Shown piece by piece: positions 26,901 to 41,900 of a DNA stretch of 57,475 nucleotides. How positions within the stretch are numbered: position 1 is the first letter of the stretch; every line of letters begins with the position of its first letter. The notes under the pieces were generated by a model, which saw only the letters and a program-made list of their open reading frames with translations, was not told the origin of the DNA and did not search any database. Made by a program: the position numbers and the translations under genes. The stretch is from Chiloscyllium plagiosum (taxonomy: Eukaryota): the NCBI RefSeq assembly GCF_004010195.1, contig NC_057719.1, forward strand, positions 30,563,054 to 30,620,528, read 5' to 3'.

Positions 26901-29900
26901 AGGCTTACTGGTCTATAATTCCCAGGTTTTTCTTTGCAGCCTTTTTTGAATAAGGGCACATGAAATATCTCTGCACTTTTTATGGCACTGCATCCAAAGA
27001 ACAAAGAAAATCACAGCACAGGAACAGGCCACTCAGCCCTTCAAGCCAGCACTGATTCAGATCCTCTATCTAACCCTATTGCCTATTTTCCAAGGATCTG
27101 TATCCCTCTGCTCCCTGCTCATTCATGTATCTGTGTAGATACATCTTAAATGGTGCTATCATGCCCGCCTCTTCCACTTCCATTGGCACCCACCACCCTG
27201 AGTAAAGAACTTTCCATGCATATCTCCCTTAAACGTTTCCCCTCTCACCTTGAACTCGTGACCCCTAGTAATTGAGACCCCACTCTGGGTAAAAGCTTCT
27301 TGCTATCCACCCTATCTACACCTTTCATGATTGAGGTTGACACAGTCAGGTCCCCCTCAACTTCCATCTTTCTAATGAAACTAATCCTAATCTACTCAAC
27401 CTCTCTTCACAGCTACCATCCTCCATACCAGGCAACATCCTGGTGAACCTCCTCTGCACCCTCTCCAAAGCATCCACATCCTTTTGGTAACGTGGCAACC
27501 AGAACTGTATGCAGTATTCCAAATGTGACTAAACCAAAGTCCTATACAACTGTAACATGACCTGCCAACTCTTGTACTCAATACCCCGTCCGATGAAGGA
27601 AAGCATACCACATGCCTTCTTGTCCACGCTATCGGCCTGCATTGCCACCTTCATGGTACAATGGACTTGAACACCCAGATCTCTCTGTACATCAATTTTC
27701 CACAGGGCCATTCCATATAATTCACTCTTGAATTGGATCTTTCAAAATGCATCATCTCACATTTGCCCGGATGGAACTCTAGCTGCCATTTCTCTGCCCA
27801 ACTCTCCAATCTATCTTATTTCTGCTGCATTCTCTGACAATCCCCTTCACTACCTGCTGCTCCACAAATCTTAGTGTCATCTGCAAATTTATTCGTCATG
27901 GCTATCTTTTGCCTTTGCAAAGTCTGAATCTTAAAAAAAAAATACATTCATAGCTTCATCAACCAGAGCAGCATTTATTGCCCAGCTGTGGATGACCTTG
28001 AAAAATTGATGGTGAGCTGCATTCATCAACTGTAGATAGTACATTCTGCTACTACTGTTCATTAATGGTAAGTAAATATTTGTGCATATACTGCCAATTG
28101 AGATGGATACTTTGTCCTGGATGGTGTCAAGTTTGTTGAATTTTGTTACAGATAGACTCATCTTGGCAATTAGGAAGTCTTCCATCACACCTCTGACATG
28201 TACCTTGTAGATGGTGGACAGGCTGTGGGGATTTGGTGGGCAAGTTATTTGCTGGAGGTTCCTAGCCTCTGGCCTGCTCTCCAGTTCACTTCCTAGTTAG
28301 CAGTAACCCCCACGCAGCGTGTTAATAGTAGGGGATTCAGCAATAGTCATGTCACTGAGTGTTACAGGGTGATGGGTATATTCTTCTGTTGGAGATGGTC
28401 ACTACCATAGCGGTACTGGTCCTTCCCCTGAGCCAAGAGGCCCAAGTTCAAGTTCCACCTGCTCCAGAGGTATGTCATAACATCTCTGAAAGATGGATTA
28501 GAAAATATTTAGGTCTGGCTCAAAGGGGCAACTGCAGAGTGATCCCCACGCTTGTTTTCAAACCTGCTCCAATCATGTGGTCTGTAATTTCAATCTTTCG
28601 TTATGCCAGTTTAAAGAAAAGGAGTGAAAGAAGCTGAAATTAAAATTTAACTTTAATATGCTCTTATTGTGAGCAAATCATGCTTGCATAATGATCATGA
28701 GCTCCTTCAAGATTTGTGCACCAACCTCAAATCAGATGAAACGCTGCCAACTCAATGTGCTTAATCAGTGCCAATGCTCTAACATGGATATTTTATGAAA
28801 ACCCAAAGTGTGCAAATGTGAACAATGTAGAGCAGAACTACACAAAAGTGAAAATAAAATCAATTTAAGATTCCTTACATTAGCAACAAATAAAGAAACA
28901 AGTTTTAAATGCTTTTCCTTAATTGAAAGAAGTTTTATTTTCTATTGTTCAATAGTTTAAGTAGGGCAAGACATCGTGAATGTCTATTACTCAAAACATC
29001 AAAGCAGTTCGATATGTTTACCATAAAGCCTGAAACAGCAGCAGTCCTTAAAGTCTACAATATAGCCTGCAAAAGAAAAAGCTCCTCTGTTTTCAACACT
29101 AATTTTGTTCAACATTTGTAAAATTATGCTGTACATTTTACTTAAGGGAATTACACTGAAAAGTGAGATTATCACATACTTTAGATATGTTTGTATCAGG
29201 TTTGGTTTTATGAATTTAAGAGTAAGAGGTTTTAAAAATTCAATCTTGAGATGTGAGTGTCTCTGGCAAAGCTAGCTTTTATTGCACATCCACTTGCCCT
29301 TGAGCCACTGGTGCTAGTAAGCTGCCTTCTTGAACTGTTGTGTGCATACTCAGTGCTTTTAGGAAGGGACTTGCAGGTTTTTGAACAGCGGAATATCCCT
29401 TCAGGATAGTGTGGGGCTTGGAAGGAAATGTGCAGTTTATGGTGTTCCCAATGACTGCCCTGCCTGTGTCACGTGCACATGTGAGGTATCAATGAGATGG
29501 CTATAAAAGGTTGTCATTGAGGACTGTGGGTCTGTACTTGACAAAGTTTAGATGGATGAAAGGAGATCACATTGAAACTTACAGAATACTGAGAGACCTG
29601 GATAGATATAACATGGAGAAGATGTTTCAACTAGTGGGATAGACCAGGACCCAAGGGTACAGCCTCAGAACAAAGTGACAATCCTTACAACTGAGATTAG
29701 GAAGAATTTTGTCAGCCAGAGAGTGGCGAATCTATGGAATTCAAGGTTGGAAAATGGGTTTGAGAAACACATCAGCTACATTGAATGATGGAGCAGACTC
29801 GAAGGGCTGAATGGCCCAATTCTCCTTCTATACTTTGTGGTTTTATGGGTGGTGGAGATAATGTTCAAGATGGTGGAAGAAATGCTAAACAATCAGGCTG

Positions 29901-32900
29901 TTTTGCCTTGTATGGGGAGACAGTTGGATTTTCCCTTGTTAGAGATGGTCATTGTCTGGCATTTATTAAATCACGATCTGTGCGAAAAGGTTCAAGGTGG
30001 TGACACAAAAGTGAAGTCTTCAAATGTAAAGTTGATTGAACAATACACATGCCAAGAGGACAAATTAAGTATTGTTACAGCCCAGTGCAATGGGATAATT
30101 GAACATCTGAAATTTGAGATCACTAACATTAAGGAAAATCTGCTCATGCTGGTTGAAGTAAATTGAAAGCTTAGACTACTAATCCTACATGTTGCATTGC
30201 CCATAATGGGCTGTGTTTGTAAATATTCAAATTCATGGGTGTTTTTACTGGTGGCAGTTGCTAGTTAAAAAAAAATAACTTTATAAGTGCCAGATCTGCA
30301 GCATTTCATAGGCAACATTGACAGCATCAAGTAGATTGAGATCTTCCTAGAGTCGAAGGGCATACTGGTTGCTTTGCAGGTCTGTGCTTTTGGAAACATA
30401 ATGCAAGAAGCCATCATGGATAACAAACAGAATTTAATGCACCTGCATTATGAATATAGCATTATTCAGTTTGTGTTAATGCCCTGGATGCAGTTGCATC
30501 AGGTTATCCTTGCTGCATAAAGTTTGCTCCAACACTTGCGTTTCTGACATCAAACTGGAAATGACTTCAACTTTGCATTGCAGTATCTGACCACAGGTGT
30601 TATCACTAGTTATTTGGTAAAAAGTGGAAGCTCAACAAGAAAAAGATAGAATTGAAGTTGTCTGAAGTCATGTACTGACAGTATAAAAGGACTTCACCAA
30701 TATCTTGACAAGGTGAGATCTATGGAAGAAATGGAATGACTGATAGTTGTGAAAGCAATGAAATGAGTTGTGGTTTTTTGGAAACTATTCAGCACAGTCC
30801 TTATCCAATTTGACATTACAGAGTGTAAATCTCTACACAGCTTCACTACCCAGAACATGCCAGGAATTAGGGCAAAAAACACTTTTTACCAAATAACTAG
30901 TGATAACACCTGTGGTCAGATACTGCAATGCAAAGTTGAAGTCATTTCCAGTTTGATGTCAGAAACACAAGTGTTGGAGCAAACTTTATGCAGCAAGGAT
31001 AACCTGATGCAACTGCATCCAGGGCATTAACACAAACTGAATAATGCTATATTCAGATTCAGAGTGTGCTTGGTTGCTGCTTTTGCTTGGGAGTATTTTA
31101 ATCAATTTCCTGATGAAGGGCTCCTGCCGGAAACGTTGATTTTCCTGCTCCTCGGATGCTGCCTGACTTGCTGTGCTTGTCCAGCATCACTCTAATCTTG
31201 ACTCTAATCTCCAGCATCTGCAGTCCTCTTTCACCTAGTATTTAATTAATACCTATTTTGGAGAAACAAAGTGACAGTGGAGTCCTACCACAAAGACATT
31301 TCAAAGCAATTACCTCAAATTGTTTCTATCTGCTTTAAAGCACCTGCAAAGAATGTTAATTCAGCTGCAGAAACATCATGTAGCTGTGAGATACAAGCAA
31401 TGGTAATAGCGACGCACTGCCAACATACTGTCAAGAACAGCACTCCACTTGAAGAATATTGAGAATTCTAAGATAGTGTGTGAAATCTTCTGAATTTGAA
31501 GAGACGGTGTGCTTTGCTTGATGTGCTCTGAAAGTCATCAACCCTGAAGAGGGCTGATGAAGGGCATATGCCCTAAATGTCGATCCTCCTGCTCCTCGGA
31601 TACTGCTTGACCTGCTGTGCTTTTCCAGCACCACACTCTCGACTCTGATCTTCAGCATCTGCAGACCTCACTTTCTCTCAACCCAGAAGAGACACTGAAT
31701 CTGAAAGATACATATCTTACTCAAATTAAACAAACTATGCTATAAAATGCTACTCTCCAGGTGACACAGGACATCGTGATGAAGGGGTGGACTGAAAGCA
31801 TCAGGATATGCTTGATGCTATAAAGATAGTACTGGGCACATAGGTATAGCCTAAAGATGGCTTCTCGTACAAAGGAAACAGTCATATCCCTAAGGAGATT
31901 ATGAAAGAGATATAGAGGCATATCCACATAAGTCTTCAAGGAATTGAGCCAAGTCTGAAGAGGTAACAGAAATGCTCTATTGGTAAATATGAGCAATGAG
32001 ACTGAGAAATGCTTATCAGTGATTTTAGCGAATACTGAGCTAAGCAAGCTAAAGACCTGCTTTAGATATATTAAATCCAAAACAGACCATGGATAAAACT
32101 TGGAGTTGACCTCTTCAGTCTTACAGTAACTGATTATCTTGTCACCATCACTTATTATTCAATGTCTGGGAGATTGGTCAGCTGACATCAATGAGTATCA
32201 GTGAGACTATAGAATATTTGAAAGCACACTTCAGTCATCATGGCATTCTGGACGTTGTGTTGAGTGACAATTGCCTTTGATTCAAGAGTGAAGAGTTTAG
32301 CTGCTTCACAAAGGAGTAGGAAATTTAACACCATATATCATCTTTACAGTATCTCCAGTCAAATGGGAAGACAGAGGCAGCAGTGAAAAATTGTCAAAGG
32401 GATCAGACAGAAAATCAAACAAACTTGTACAAGGCAATCCTTGAGTGGAGACATAAACCTACTGAAGGCATCAGATGCAATCTAGTCCAAAGATTAAGGT
32501 CATACCGCACTCAAACTACTCTTCCAATACCAAAAAACTGGTTCCGTTAGAAGTGTTAATAGGTTTGAGTGACAAAATCAAGGTGAAATAACAGAAGGCA
32601 AAATTTCATTTTGATGAAACTTTGACGTGATTGGTTCTCCAATGCTCAGCTTTGGCAATCACAATGCAAACAGTGTGCTCAGCCACGTTGACGCGACATT
32701 CAAGAAAGCACAACAATACCTCTACTTTCTCAGGAAGCTAAGGAAATTTGGCATGTCTGTAAAAATACATGCACTCTATCTGGATGGATCACTGCTTGGT
32801 ATAGCAACTGCTCTGCCCAGAACCACAAGAAACTACAGAGAGTTGTGAACACAGCCCAGTCCATCACGAAAACCAAACTTCCATCCATGGCATGGACCTC

Positions 32901-35900
32901 CAGTCCCTGCACACATCCATCCGCCATGATGAAGGCCTCCAAGCCTTCCATTTCTTCCTGTCCTGCTGAATGAACCAGTACCCTTCCACCCTTCTATCAA
33001 CATACTCATTCGATTGGGTGAACTGGTCCTCAACCTCAATAATTCCTCCTTCGAATCCTCCCACTTCTTCCAGACTAAAGGGGCAGCAATGGGCACCCAC
33101 ATGGGCCCCAGCTATGCCTGCCTCTTTGTCGGGTACATGGAACAGTCCATCCTCCGCAGCTACACCGGCACCATTTCCCACCTTTTCCTCCGCGACATCA
33201 ATAACTGTATCAGCGCCACCTCGTGCTCCCACGACAAGGTTGAGCAGTTCATCAACTTCACAAACATCTTTTACCTTGACTCAAGTTCACTTGGACCATC
33301 TCAGACACCTCCCTCCCCTTCTTGGACCTCTCCATCTCCATTTCCATTTCTGGCGACCAACTCAACACAAACATCTACTTCAAACCCACAGACTCCCACA
33401 GCTACCTGGACTACAGCCCTTCCCACCCTGCCTCCTGTACAGAAGTTGAGAGGTCATGTTGTGTTGTACAGGACATTAGTTGGGCCACTTTTGGAATATT
33501 GCGTGCAACTCTGGTCTCCTTCCTATCGAGAGGATGTTGTGAAACTCGAAAAAGTTCAGAAAAGATTTACAAGAATGTTGCCACAGTTGGAGGATTTGAG
33601 GTTGAATAGGCTGGGGCTGTCTACCCTGGAGCATCGGAAGCTGAGGGGTGACCTTATAGAGGTTTACAAAATCATGAGGGGCATGAATCAGATAAAAAGA
33701 CAAAGTCTTTTCACTGGGGTGGGGGAGTCCAGAACTAGAGAGCATAGGTTTAGGCTAAGAAGTGAAAAATAAAAAAAGAGACCTATGGGGCAACTTTTTC
33801 ACGCAGAGGGTGATATGTGTATGGAATGAGCAGCCACAGGAAGTGGTAGAGGCCAGTACAACTGCAACATTTAAAAGGCATAGGAAGGGTTTGGAGGGAT
33901 ATGGGCCAGGTGCTTGCACGTGGGACGAGATTGGGTTGGGATATCTGTTCGGCATGGATGAGTTGGACCGAAGGGTCTATTTCCGTGCTGCACATCTCTA
34001 TGACTCTAAGTCCTGGGCCTCCTCCACTGCCAAATTCTAGCCATCCAGTGCTTGGAGGAAGAACGCCTCATCTTCTGCCTTGGGATCCTCCAATCATACG
34101 GGATCAATGTCTATTTCACCAGTTTCCTAAGCTCCCCTCCCCAACCTTATCCTAGATCCAACTCAGCACCATCCTCTTGAACTGTCCTACCTGTCCATCT
34201 TCCTCCCTACCTATCCGCTCCACCCTCTGCTCCGGCCTATGAGCGTCACCCTCCACCTTCATCTTCCATCGCATTCCCAGTTACCTCCCTCCAGCCTCAC
34301 CCCCTCCCATTTATCTCTCAGCCCCCTTACACCCGCCCCAACTCCCCAAATTCCTGATGAAGAGCTTATGCTCAAAATGTTGATTCTCCTACTCCTTGGA
34401 TGCTGCTTGACCAACCATGCTTTTCCAGCACTGTACTTTTTGACTCTGATTTCCAGCATCTGTAGTCCGCCGCTTTCTCCACAGTGAACCATATCACAAC
34501 AGACATTGACGACCTATGCTGTCTTGACTACAGAAAGCAGATCAAAAGTAATGATCTCCTCACATGCACAGCATTCTGAACAACCGATAATCCCAGAAGT
34601 CCACTGTTCCTCAACAACTGATGTGGATCAGCAAAAACACTAGTCATGTGAACTACGCTCACCAGAGAGGAAATATCACTCGAGTAATGAGCAAATAAAA
34701 AAAGAGAAAGCAAACTACAATGCACATGTATATTATTAGGAAACTTGCACAACTTAAAGTCTATGATTACAATGCATGTGCAGAAACTAACAAAAATGGA
34801 ATTGACTAGTTAACTATTTTTTGTTATAAATGATCATTTTCATTGTGACCATGGACATTGGGTCATTTGCATAACTTGTAGCTGCAAATATGTGCAGTCT
34901 GTTGAGGTGGGAGTCATTAACATTATTGTCACACTTGAAACAATGGCAAACAGTAGAAGTAGTAGTGCATATCTAACAAATCAGACCTAAGCTCTGCAGT
35001 CCTACCACATTCAGTTATGAACGATGATGAATAATTACTCAACATTCAAGGGGAGGAAGCTCCACAAATATCCCCATCCTGAACAATAGTGCAAAACGTA
35101 TGTGAAAAAGACAAAGGTGAAGCATTTGCATCTATCGTCAGCCAGAGGTGCCATGAGGATGATCCATCTTGGCCTTTTCCTAGGAGGCCAGCATCACAAG
35201 TTTTCCAGCAATTTAATTCACTTCCGATATCAAGAAATGGCTGAAGGCATTAGATACTGCAAAGGCGATGGGCCCTGACAACATTCCGTCTGCAGTACAC
35301 AAGAGTGTGCTCTTGAACTAGCCATGTCACTGGCTAAAGTGCTGCATACTTGAACAATCATTCCACTATAATTAGCAGATATTAGTGTTGTAGCTCCACT
35401 AGATCAGCTTGACTACAGGACCAACTAATTCTGGCGCATGTTTTCTGGAGTTAAAGCTAAATTTTACAAGTGCCCAAGCCTACATCCTGGGCAAACAATG
35501 ATGCCTCATTACAACATCTCTCACTTCATCTTTGTCACCAAGATTAAGTTTATCCGATATCTTTTACCACCACTACATCTGACAAACAACCCAAATTGTG
35601 CAGCTGTAATGATAGCAAGATAGTTATATTTGCAATTGTAAAGATTGTGAATGCTATCAGCAACTTTTGGCATCTGTACATAACCAATTAAAAGTGGAAA
35701 TTGTCAATGATTCTTGTTGGAGCTGCCTGTTTTTAGAGACACAAAATGGCCGGAATTTAAACGCCTGCTTCAATTGCATGTTTTTAAAGGGACACAAAGA
35801 ATGGCTGGACTTTAAAAAAAGCTTGCTTCAGCAGAAGCAAAAACAAAACAATGGGCCTCTGAGGACGGAGTTATTCCAAGGCAAAAGAAAGCATTATCTG

Positions 35901-38900
35901 AATGGCAGGATTCCAAAGAATGCAAACAGAGTGATAAAGAGTCAAAACATCTTTGAAGACTTGCAACAAAATAAAATTGAAACTCAAACTTTGAAAAATT
36001 GCTACAATAAGTAATTAATTCTAGTCTCATTAAGGATGTTTTCAGCCATAATTACAGCAGCTAAATTAATCTTGCAGAAATTAGCTGGGTCTTTGAAATT
36101 ATTTGCAATATTACTAAGTTCAAGTTAAAGATTCTTTAAAAAATTACAACACAATTATAAAACATTAAAGCAATGCTTAGCATATGTTGTCTGATTAGCT
36201 AAAAAATGTCAGCAATAGAAAAGGATTATAAAACTATTAAGAATATTATGAGTTTTTAATAACAGAATCAAGTTTTTTAATGGAATTTGATGAGATAGCC
36301 ATTACAATGGACAGAGTTCATGCAGTCCTTAGAGACTGAGGGACGTGAACAAGAAGAGGACAGTCAGTAACTTTGGGGTGAAACACAGAAAGATCCCAAG
36401 GGCCTAGAGATTACAAAGTTTTTTTCTGATGTTTAACAATTTAAGAACCTTGGGCTGTCCATACGAGTGTTCATCATCGATCAGGTGTTTTACAAGACTG
36501 GTCCTACAGAAGGGAAGGGGACGATACAGTAACCACATTGTGTATGATCATTGTAATACAAAATGTATAAAAACACTGCTTTTTACTGTGAAATCAGAGT
36601 GTGTCATCTTCCAATCTGAACTGAAGATTAAGAAAACGATTGTTTTCACGTTGAAATCAGATTCGGGGAAGATCTTTTGACTCTCTCACTGCGTTAACCA
36701 GCTTTTGCTTGAATAAAAGTTCACTATATTTGTGTCCTGTCTACCTCCTGAGCCTTTGTCCCCAGTTGGGGTAATTTCGCTCCTACAATTCTTTACATCG
36801 ATAAAGTGAGGTGCTGAAGTCACTGGAGACAGAGATCTTTTTGAAATCATTATTTTCTCCATTTTATTGAAATACTGTCAGTAAAAATCTTTATCATGAT
36901 GCTTTGTTAATAAAATTAGTACAGGTTTTTAAATGAGATAGTAAGGAGATGGTGAGGACTGCAGATGCTGGAGAGTCAGAATATATAGAGTGTGGCGCTG
37001 AAAAAGCACAGCATCTGAGTAGCAGGAGAGTTGACGTTTCAGGCAGGACCCTTCATCAGGACTGGGAAGGGGAAGGGGACTGAGAAATAAATCGGAGGAG
37101 AAGGATGAGGCTGGGGGAAAGATAAGTGGGACGGCAATAGGTGAATGCAGGTAGGAAGTGAATCATGATAGGTCAGTGGGAAGAAAGGTGCAAATAGGTG
37201 GGAAGGAAGATGTCAGGTAAGTCAGGTCAAGAGGGTGGTGCCGAGTCAGAGGCTTGGATCTAGGATGGCGTAGAATGGTGGGGAGGTTTGGAAACTGGTG
37301 AATTCAATGTTAAGGCTATGTGGTTGTAGGATTCAGAGGCAGAATAAACCATACCTACTTACGAAGAGCCTCTCAGTTCCAGAAAACTGTACTTGTGTAA
37401 TTTCAATATTTTCTCATACAGTCAGAGTCACAGAGATGTACAGCATAGAAGCAGACCCCTCCATCCACTCGTCCATGACATCCAGATATCCTAAAAAAAA
37501 CCTAGCCCCATTTGCCAACATTTGGCCCATATCGCTCTAAACCCTTCCTAATAATACACCCATCCAGATGCCTTTTAAATATTGTAATTGCCCCAGCCTT
37601 TACCACTTTCTCTGGCAGCTCAGTCCATATACGCACCACCCTCTGCATGAAAAAGTTGCCCCTTAGGTCCCTTTTAAATCTTTCCCTTCTTATCTTAAAA
37701 CTATGCCCTCTAGTTTCATACTCCCAAACACCAAGGAAAAGACCTTGTCTATTTACCCTACCCATGCCCTTCATGATTTTATAAACCTCTATAAGATCAC
37801 CCTCAGTCTTCAACACTCCAGGGAAAACAGCCACAGCCTATTCAACCTCTCCCTGTAGCTCAAACCCCACAATCCTGACAACATCTTTGTAAATCTTTTC
37901 AGAACCCTTTCAAATTTCACAACATCCTTCCTAAAGCAAGAAGACCAGAATTGCATGCAGTATTCCAAAAGTGCCCTAACCAATGTCATGTACAGCCACA
38001 ACATGATCACCAACTCCCACACTCAGTGCACTGACCAATAAAGGAAAGCATACCAAACATCTTCACTATCTCATCTACCTAGAACTCCACTTCCAAGGAA
38101 CTATGAACCTGTACTCCAAGGCCTTTGTTCAGCAACACTCCCCAGGATTTTACTATTAAGTGCATATGTCCTGCCCTGATTTGTCTTTCCAAAATGCAGC
38201 ACCTCATATTTATACTCCATCTGCCACTCCTCAGCCTATTCAGCCATCTTATCAAGATTCCGTTGTAATCTGAGGTAACCTTCTTTGATGTCCAACATCT
38301 CCAATTTTGGTGTCAACTGCAAATGTACTAACCATACCTTCATGATCACACCCAAATCATTTATATATATGATGAAAAGCAGTGGACCCAGCACCAATCC
38401 TTGTGCACCTCTGGTCACAAGCCTGCAGTCAGAAAAGCAACACTCCACAACCACTCTCTATCTTCTACCTATGAGTTTCTGCATCCAAATGGCTACTTTT
38501 TCTTATATTCCATGTGATCTAACCTTGCTAACCAGTCTGCCATGGGGAACCTTGTCAAACGCCTTACTGAAAACCACATAGATCACAATTAACATTCTGC
38601 TCTCATCAATCCTCTTCATTATTTCTTTAAAAAACTCAATTAAATTAGTGAGACATGATTTCTCACCCACAAAGCCATGTTGACTATCCATAATCAGTCC
38701 TTGCCTTTACAACTAGATATAAATCCTGTCCCTCAGGATTCCCTCCCACCACCGATGTCAGGCTCACTGGTCTATAGTTCCTTGGCATTTCCGTACCACC
38801 TTTCTTAAATATTGGCATCACGTTAGCCAACCTCCAGTCTGCTGGCACCTCACCTGTGACTATCGATGAAACAAATATCTCAGCAAGGAGCCCAGTAATC

Positions 38901-41900
38901 ACTTCCCTAGCTTCGGATACACCTTTATGCGCTTTAAACTGCAGCATCTCCTCCTCTCTAATATAGATATGTTTTCAATATGCTACTATTTATTTCTCCA
39001 CGTTCTATGTCTTCCATATCCTTCCCCACTGTAAACACTGATGCAGAGTACTCGTTAGTATCTCCCCCAAATCCTGCAGGCCCACATGTAAGAGGCATTG
39101 CTGACCTTTAAGGGGCCCTATTCTCTCCCTAGTTACCCTTTTGACCTTACAGTATTTAGAAACCCTTTGGATTTTCTTTAACCTCATTTGCCAAAGCTAT
39201 CTCATGTCCCCTTTTTGCCCTCCTGATTTCCCTCTTAAGTATACTCCTACAGCCTCTTCTAGGGATTCACTCAATTTCTACTGTCTATACCTGACATATC
39301 CTTCCTTCGTTTTCTTGATCAAAATCTGAATTTCTCTAGTCTTCCAGCATTCCCTACACCTACCAGCCTTGCCCTTCACCCTAACAGGAACATGCTGTCT
39401 CTGGACTCTCGTTATCTCATTTTTGAAGGCTTCCCATTCTCCAGCCGTCCCATTACCTGCAAACATCCACCCCCAATTAACTTTTGAAAGTTCTTGCCTA
39501 ATACCGTCAAAATTGTCCTTCCTCCAACTTAGTATTTTAACTTTTAGATCCAGTCAATCCTTCTCCATCACTATTTTAAAACTAATAGAATTATGGTCAT
39601 TGGCACCAAAGTGCTCCCTCACTAGCATTTCAGTCACCTACCCTGCCTTATTTCCCAAGAGTAGGTCATGCTTTGCATCTTCTTTAGTAGGTACATGCAC
39701 AATGGCAGTCCCAGTCTGTTTGGAAAATTAAAATCCCTTATCATAATCACCCTATCATTCTTAGAGCTAACTGAGATCTCCTTATTAGTTTCTCAATTTC
39801 CTGTGTGTCTGTGTGTGTGTGGTCTACAGTACAATCCCAATAAGATGATCATCCTTTCTTATTTCTCACTACCACCCAAATAACATCCCTGGATATATTC
39901 CTAGGAATATCCTCCCTAAGTACAGCCGTACCATTCACCCTAATTAAAAACAACTCCCCGTCCTCTCTTGCTCCCCCATTCTATCCTTCCTATGGTATTT
40001 ATGCTCTGGAGCATTAAGCTGCCAGTCCTGTTCATCCCTGAGCCATATCAGTGTAATTGCTACAATATCCCAGTACCATGTTCCCAACCATGCCCTGAAT
40101 TCATCTGACTTACCTGTGAGGTCTCTTGTATTGAGATTTTATCAGTTCTACCTCATTCTTTGCTTTGTTCCTGCCTACTTAAAATGTCTGAGGTTTCCAA
40201 CTATAACAGTCTCAGACTTATCTCTTTCCTCAATGTCTCCCTGCTACCCTCACACACCCTGATTTCTTATATTCCCTCCTCAGAATTTCATCCTTTTCCT
40301 CTTCCTACGTTGTTAGCTCCAACGTATACAAAGACCTCCTCTCTCCCTTTCCCCTTTGAGAATATTCTGTACCGTCTTCGAAATGTCCTTCATCCTGGCA
40401 CCAAGGAGGCAAGACACCATCCTGGTATCTCGCTGTCGGCCACAGAAACGTCTGCCTGTTCTTCTGACTAGACAGGCCTGTATCACAATTGGTTGCTTGG
40501 AACCTAATACACCCCTCATTACATTGCAGCCAGTCTTGGTACCAGAAACCCGTTTCCCCCTAAGAGTCCATCACCCCCTACATTTTCCAAAACAGCATAC
40601 GTGTTGTTTGAGATGGGGATAGCCATTGGAGACTCCTACACAACTGTCTCCCTCTCCTGGAGATAACCCATGTACCTGACTGTATCTTCAGTATATCTCC
40701 CTTCCTGCAATTGGCATCGATAACACTCCATAGCTCTTGTAAATTCCTCATTGCCTCTAATTGCTGCTCCAACTCATCCATGCAATTTGACAGGATTCGC
40801 AATGAAACACACTTCCTGCAGACAGAATGATCAGTAACATGGAAACTCTCTCTACTCTCCCATAACCGACAGGAAGAGCACATCACCCTACTAAAGGCCA
40901 ATTTTGCACCTTAACAATCTGCAGACCCAGAAAGAGATATAGTATAAAAGGCAGTGATATTTCATCTATGCCTCTATATCCCAATTCTTCCTTCTCTCAA
41001 TTATTTTTAAAAAGTGAAGGATAATCAGTGCATTATACTTCCTGGTTTGCTGTCTGTGTTTCACAATTTTTGAATGCTTAGACTGAGCAGCAGACTCAAA
41101 TTAACTTTGGAAAAGGTGAAATTCATGTCACTAAAATTGCTAGATCTTTGACAGCAGCCTTCTGTGAAGGTCAGTGGCAACTGCTATCCAAGCATATTTG
41201 CTACACCACTTTTAGAAGGAATCACGGTGATAGGTGTTAAAATCAAAAATAATGTTCCCCTCTCCTAAATGCTCTTTTTTGCACTGTAGGTACAAATCAA
41301 ATTAAATCTCATATTTCCGTGATTAACTAATTTGATTATAGAAGGAACATTGTGTAGATAAAATGGCATTCCAACAGTGATAACTGGTTTTACAAAATTC
41401 ATTTCTAGCAAATGTTTACTCTTGGAAAGTGTCATGTAATTTAAATCCATCATCATTAAATGAAATCATTTGAGAGATTCTAACTCCAAGTGACATAGTC
41501 TAAAATTAATCACAACATGATTTGCTAAATCAAAATAATGTTCCTTGTGAGCCTTCTGAACATCTTAGCACTGTGAGGAATATTGTTTTGATATAGTATT
41601 TTTAAAAACTGAATCTAATAGAATATTCAATGACAGTTATAATCACTGTTCACAAAGTCAACCTCACAACGATGCTATAAATCACCATTGTCGAAGAAGT
41701 TTCTGCCACATTCCTTACAGTAACTGCTGGGAATCCAGTGGAACCTACAAGAATGCAACACAAATACAATTGTGTCAATCATACCAATGTGAAAGAGGGT
41801 GATCACAAGGACTTTAAAGATTAAGGTTGGGGGCTGTTCAGAAGAGGTTAGTGAAGGTTGCGGAACAAGTAATAGGACAGAGAGTATAGCAGGGTCAGGA

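Larger units (their letters stand above)
30300..32625 (+). mobile_element. Degenerate Gypsy LTR-retrotransposon pol (RT thumb, RNase H, integrase)
   Basis: [10 protein letters not shown] near 30628; ASRALTQTE near 31015; [11 protein letters not shown] near 32085; [25 protein letters not shown]. Boundaries approximate. Confidence 0.75.

Noticed and set aside
30451..31055. DNA transposon or MITE with long TIRs
   Set aside because: Arms and spacer are Gypsy pol coding sequence and no TSD is visible.
33014..33772. 252-aa ORF as a novel RT fusion gene
   Set aside because: Chance in-frame join of a Penelope RT fragment, an off-frame stretch and an inserted CR1 3' end.
35667..36014. 115-aa ORF
   Set aside because: AT-rich, no recognisable domain, starts at TTG rather than ATG.
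41680..41745. Candidate SPATA7 exon 2 on the minus strand
   Set aside because: Available donors give phase 0 rather than 1, and there is no similarity to SPATA7.
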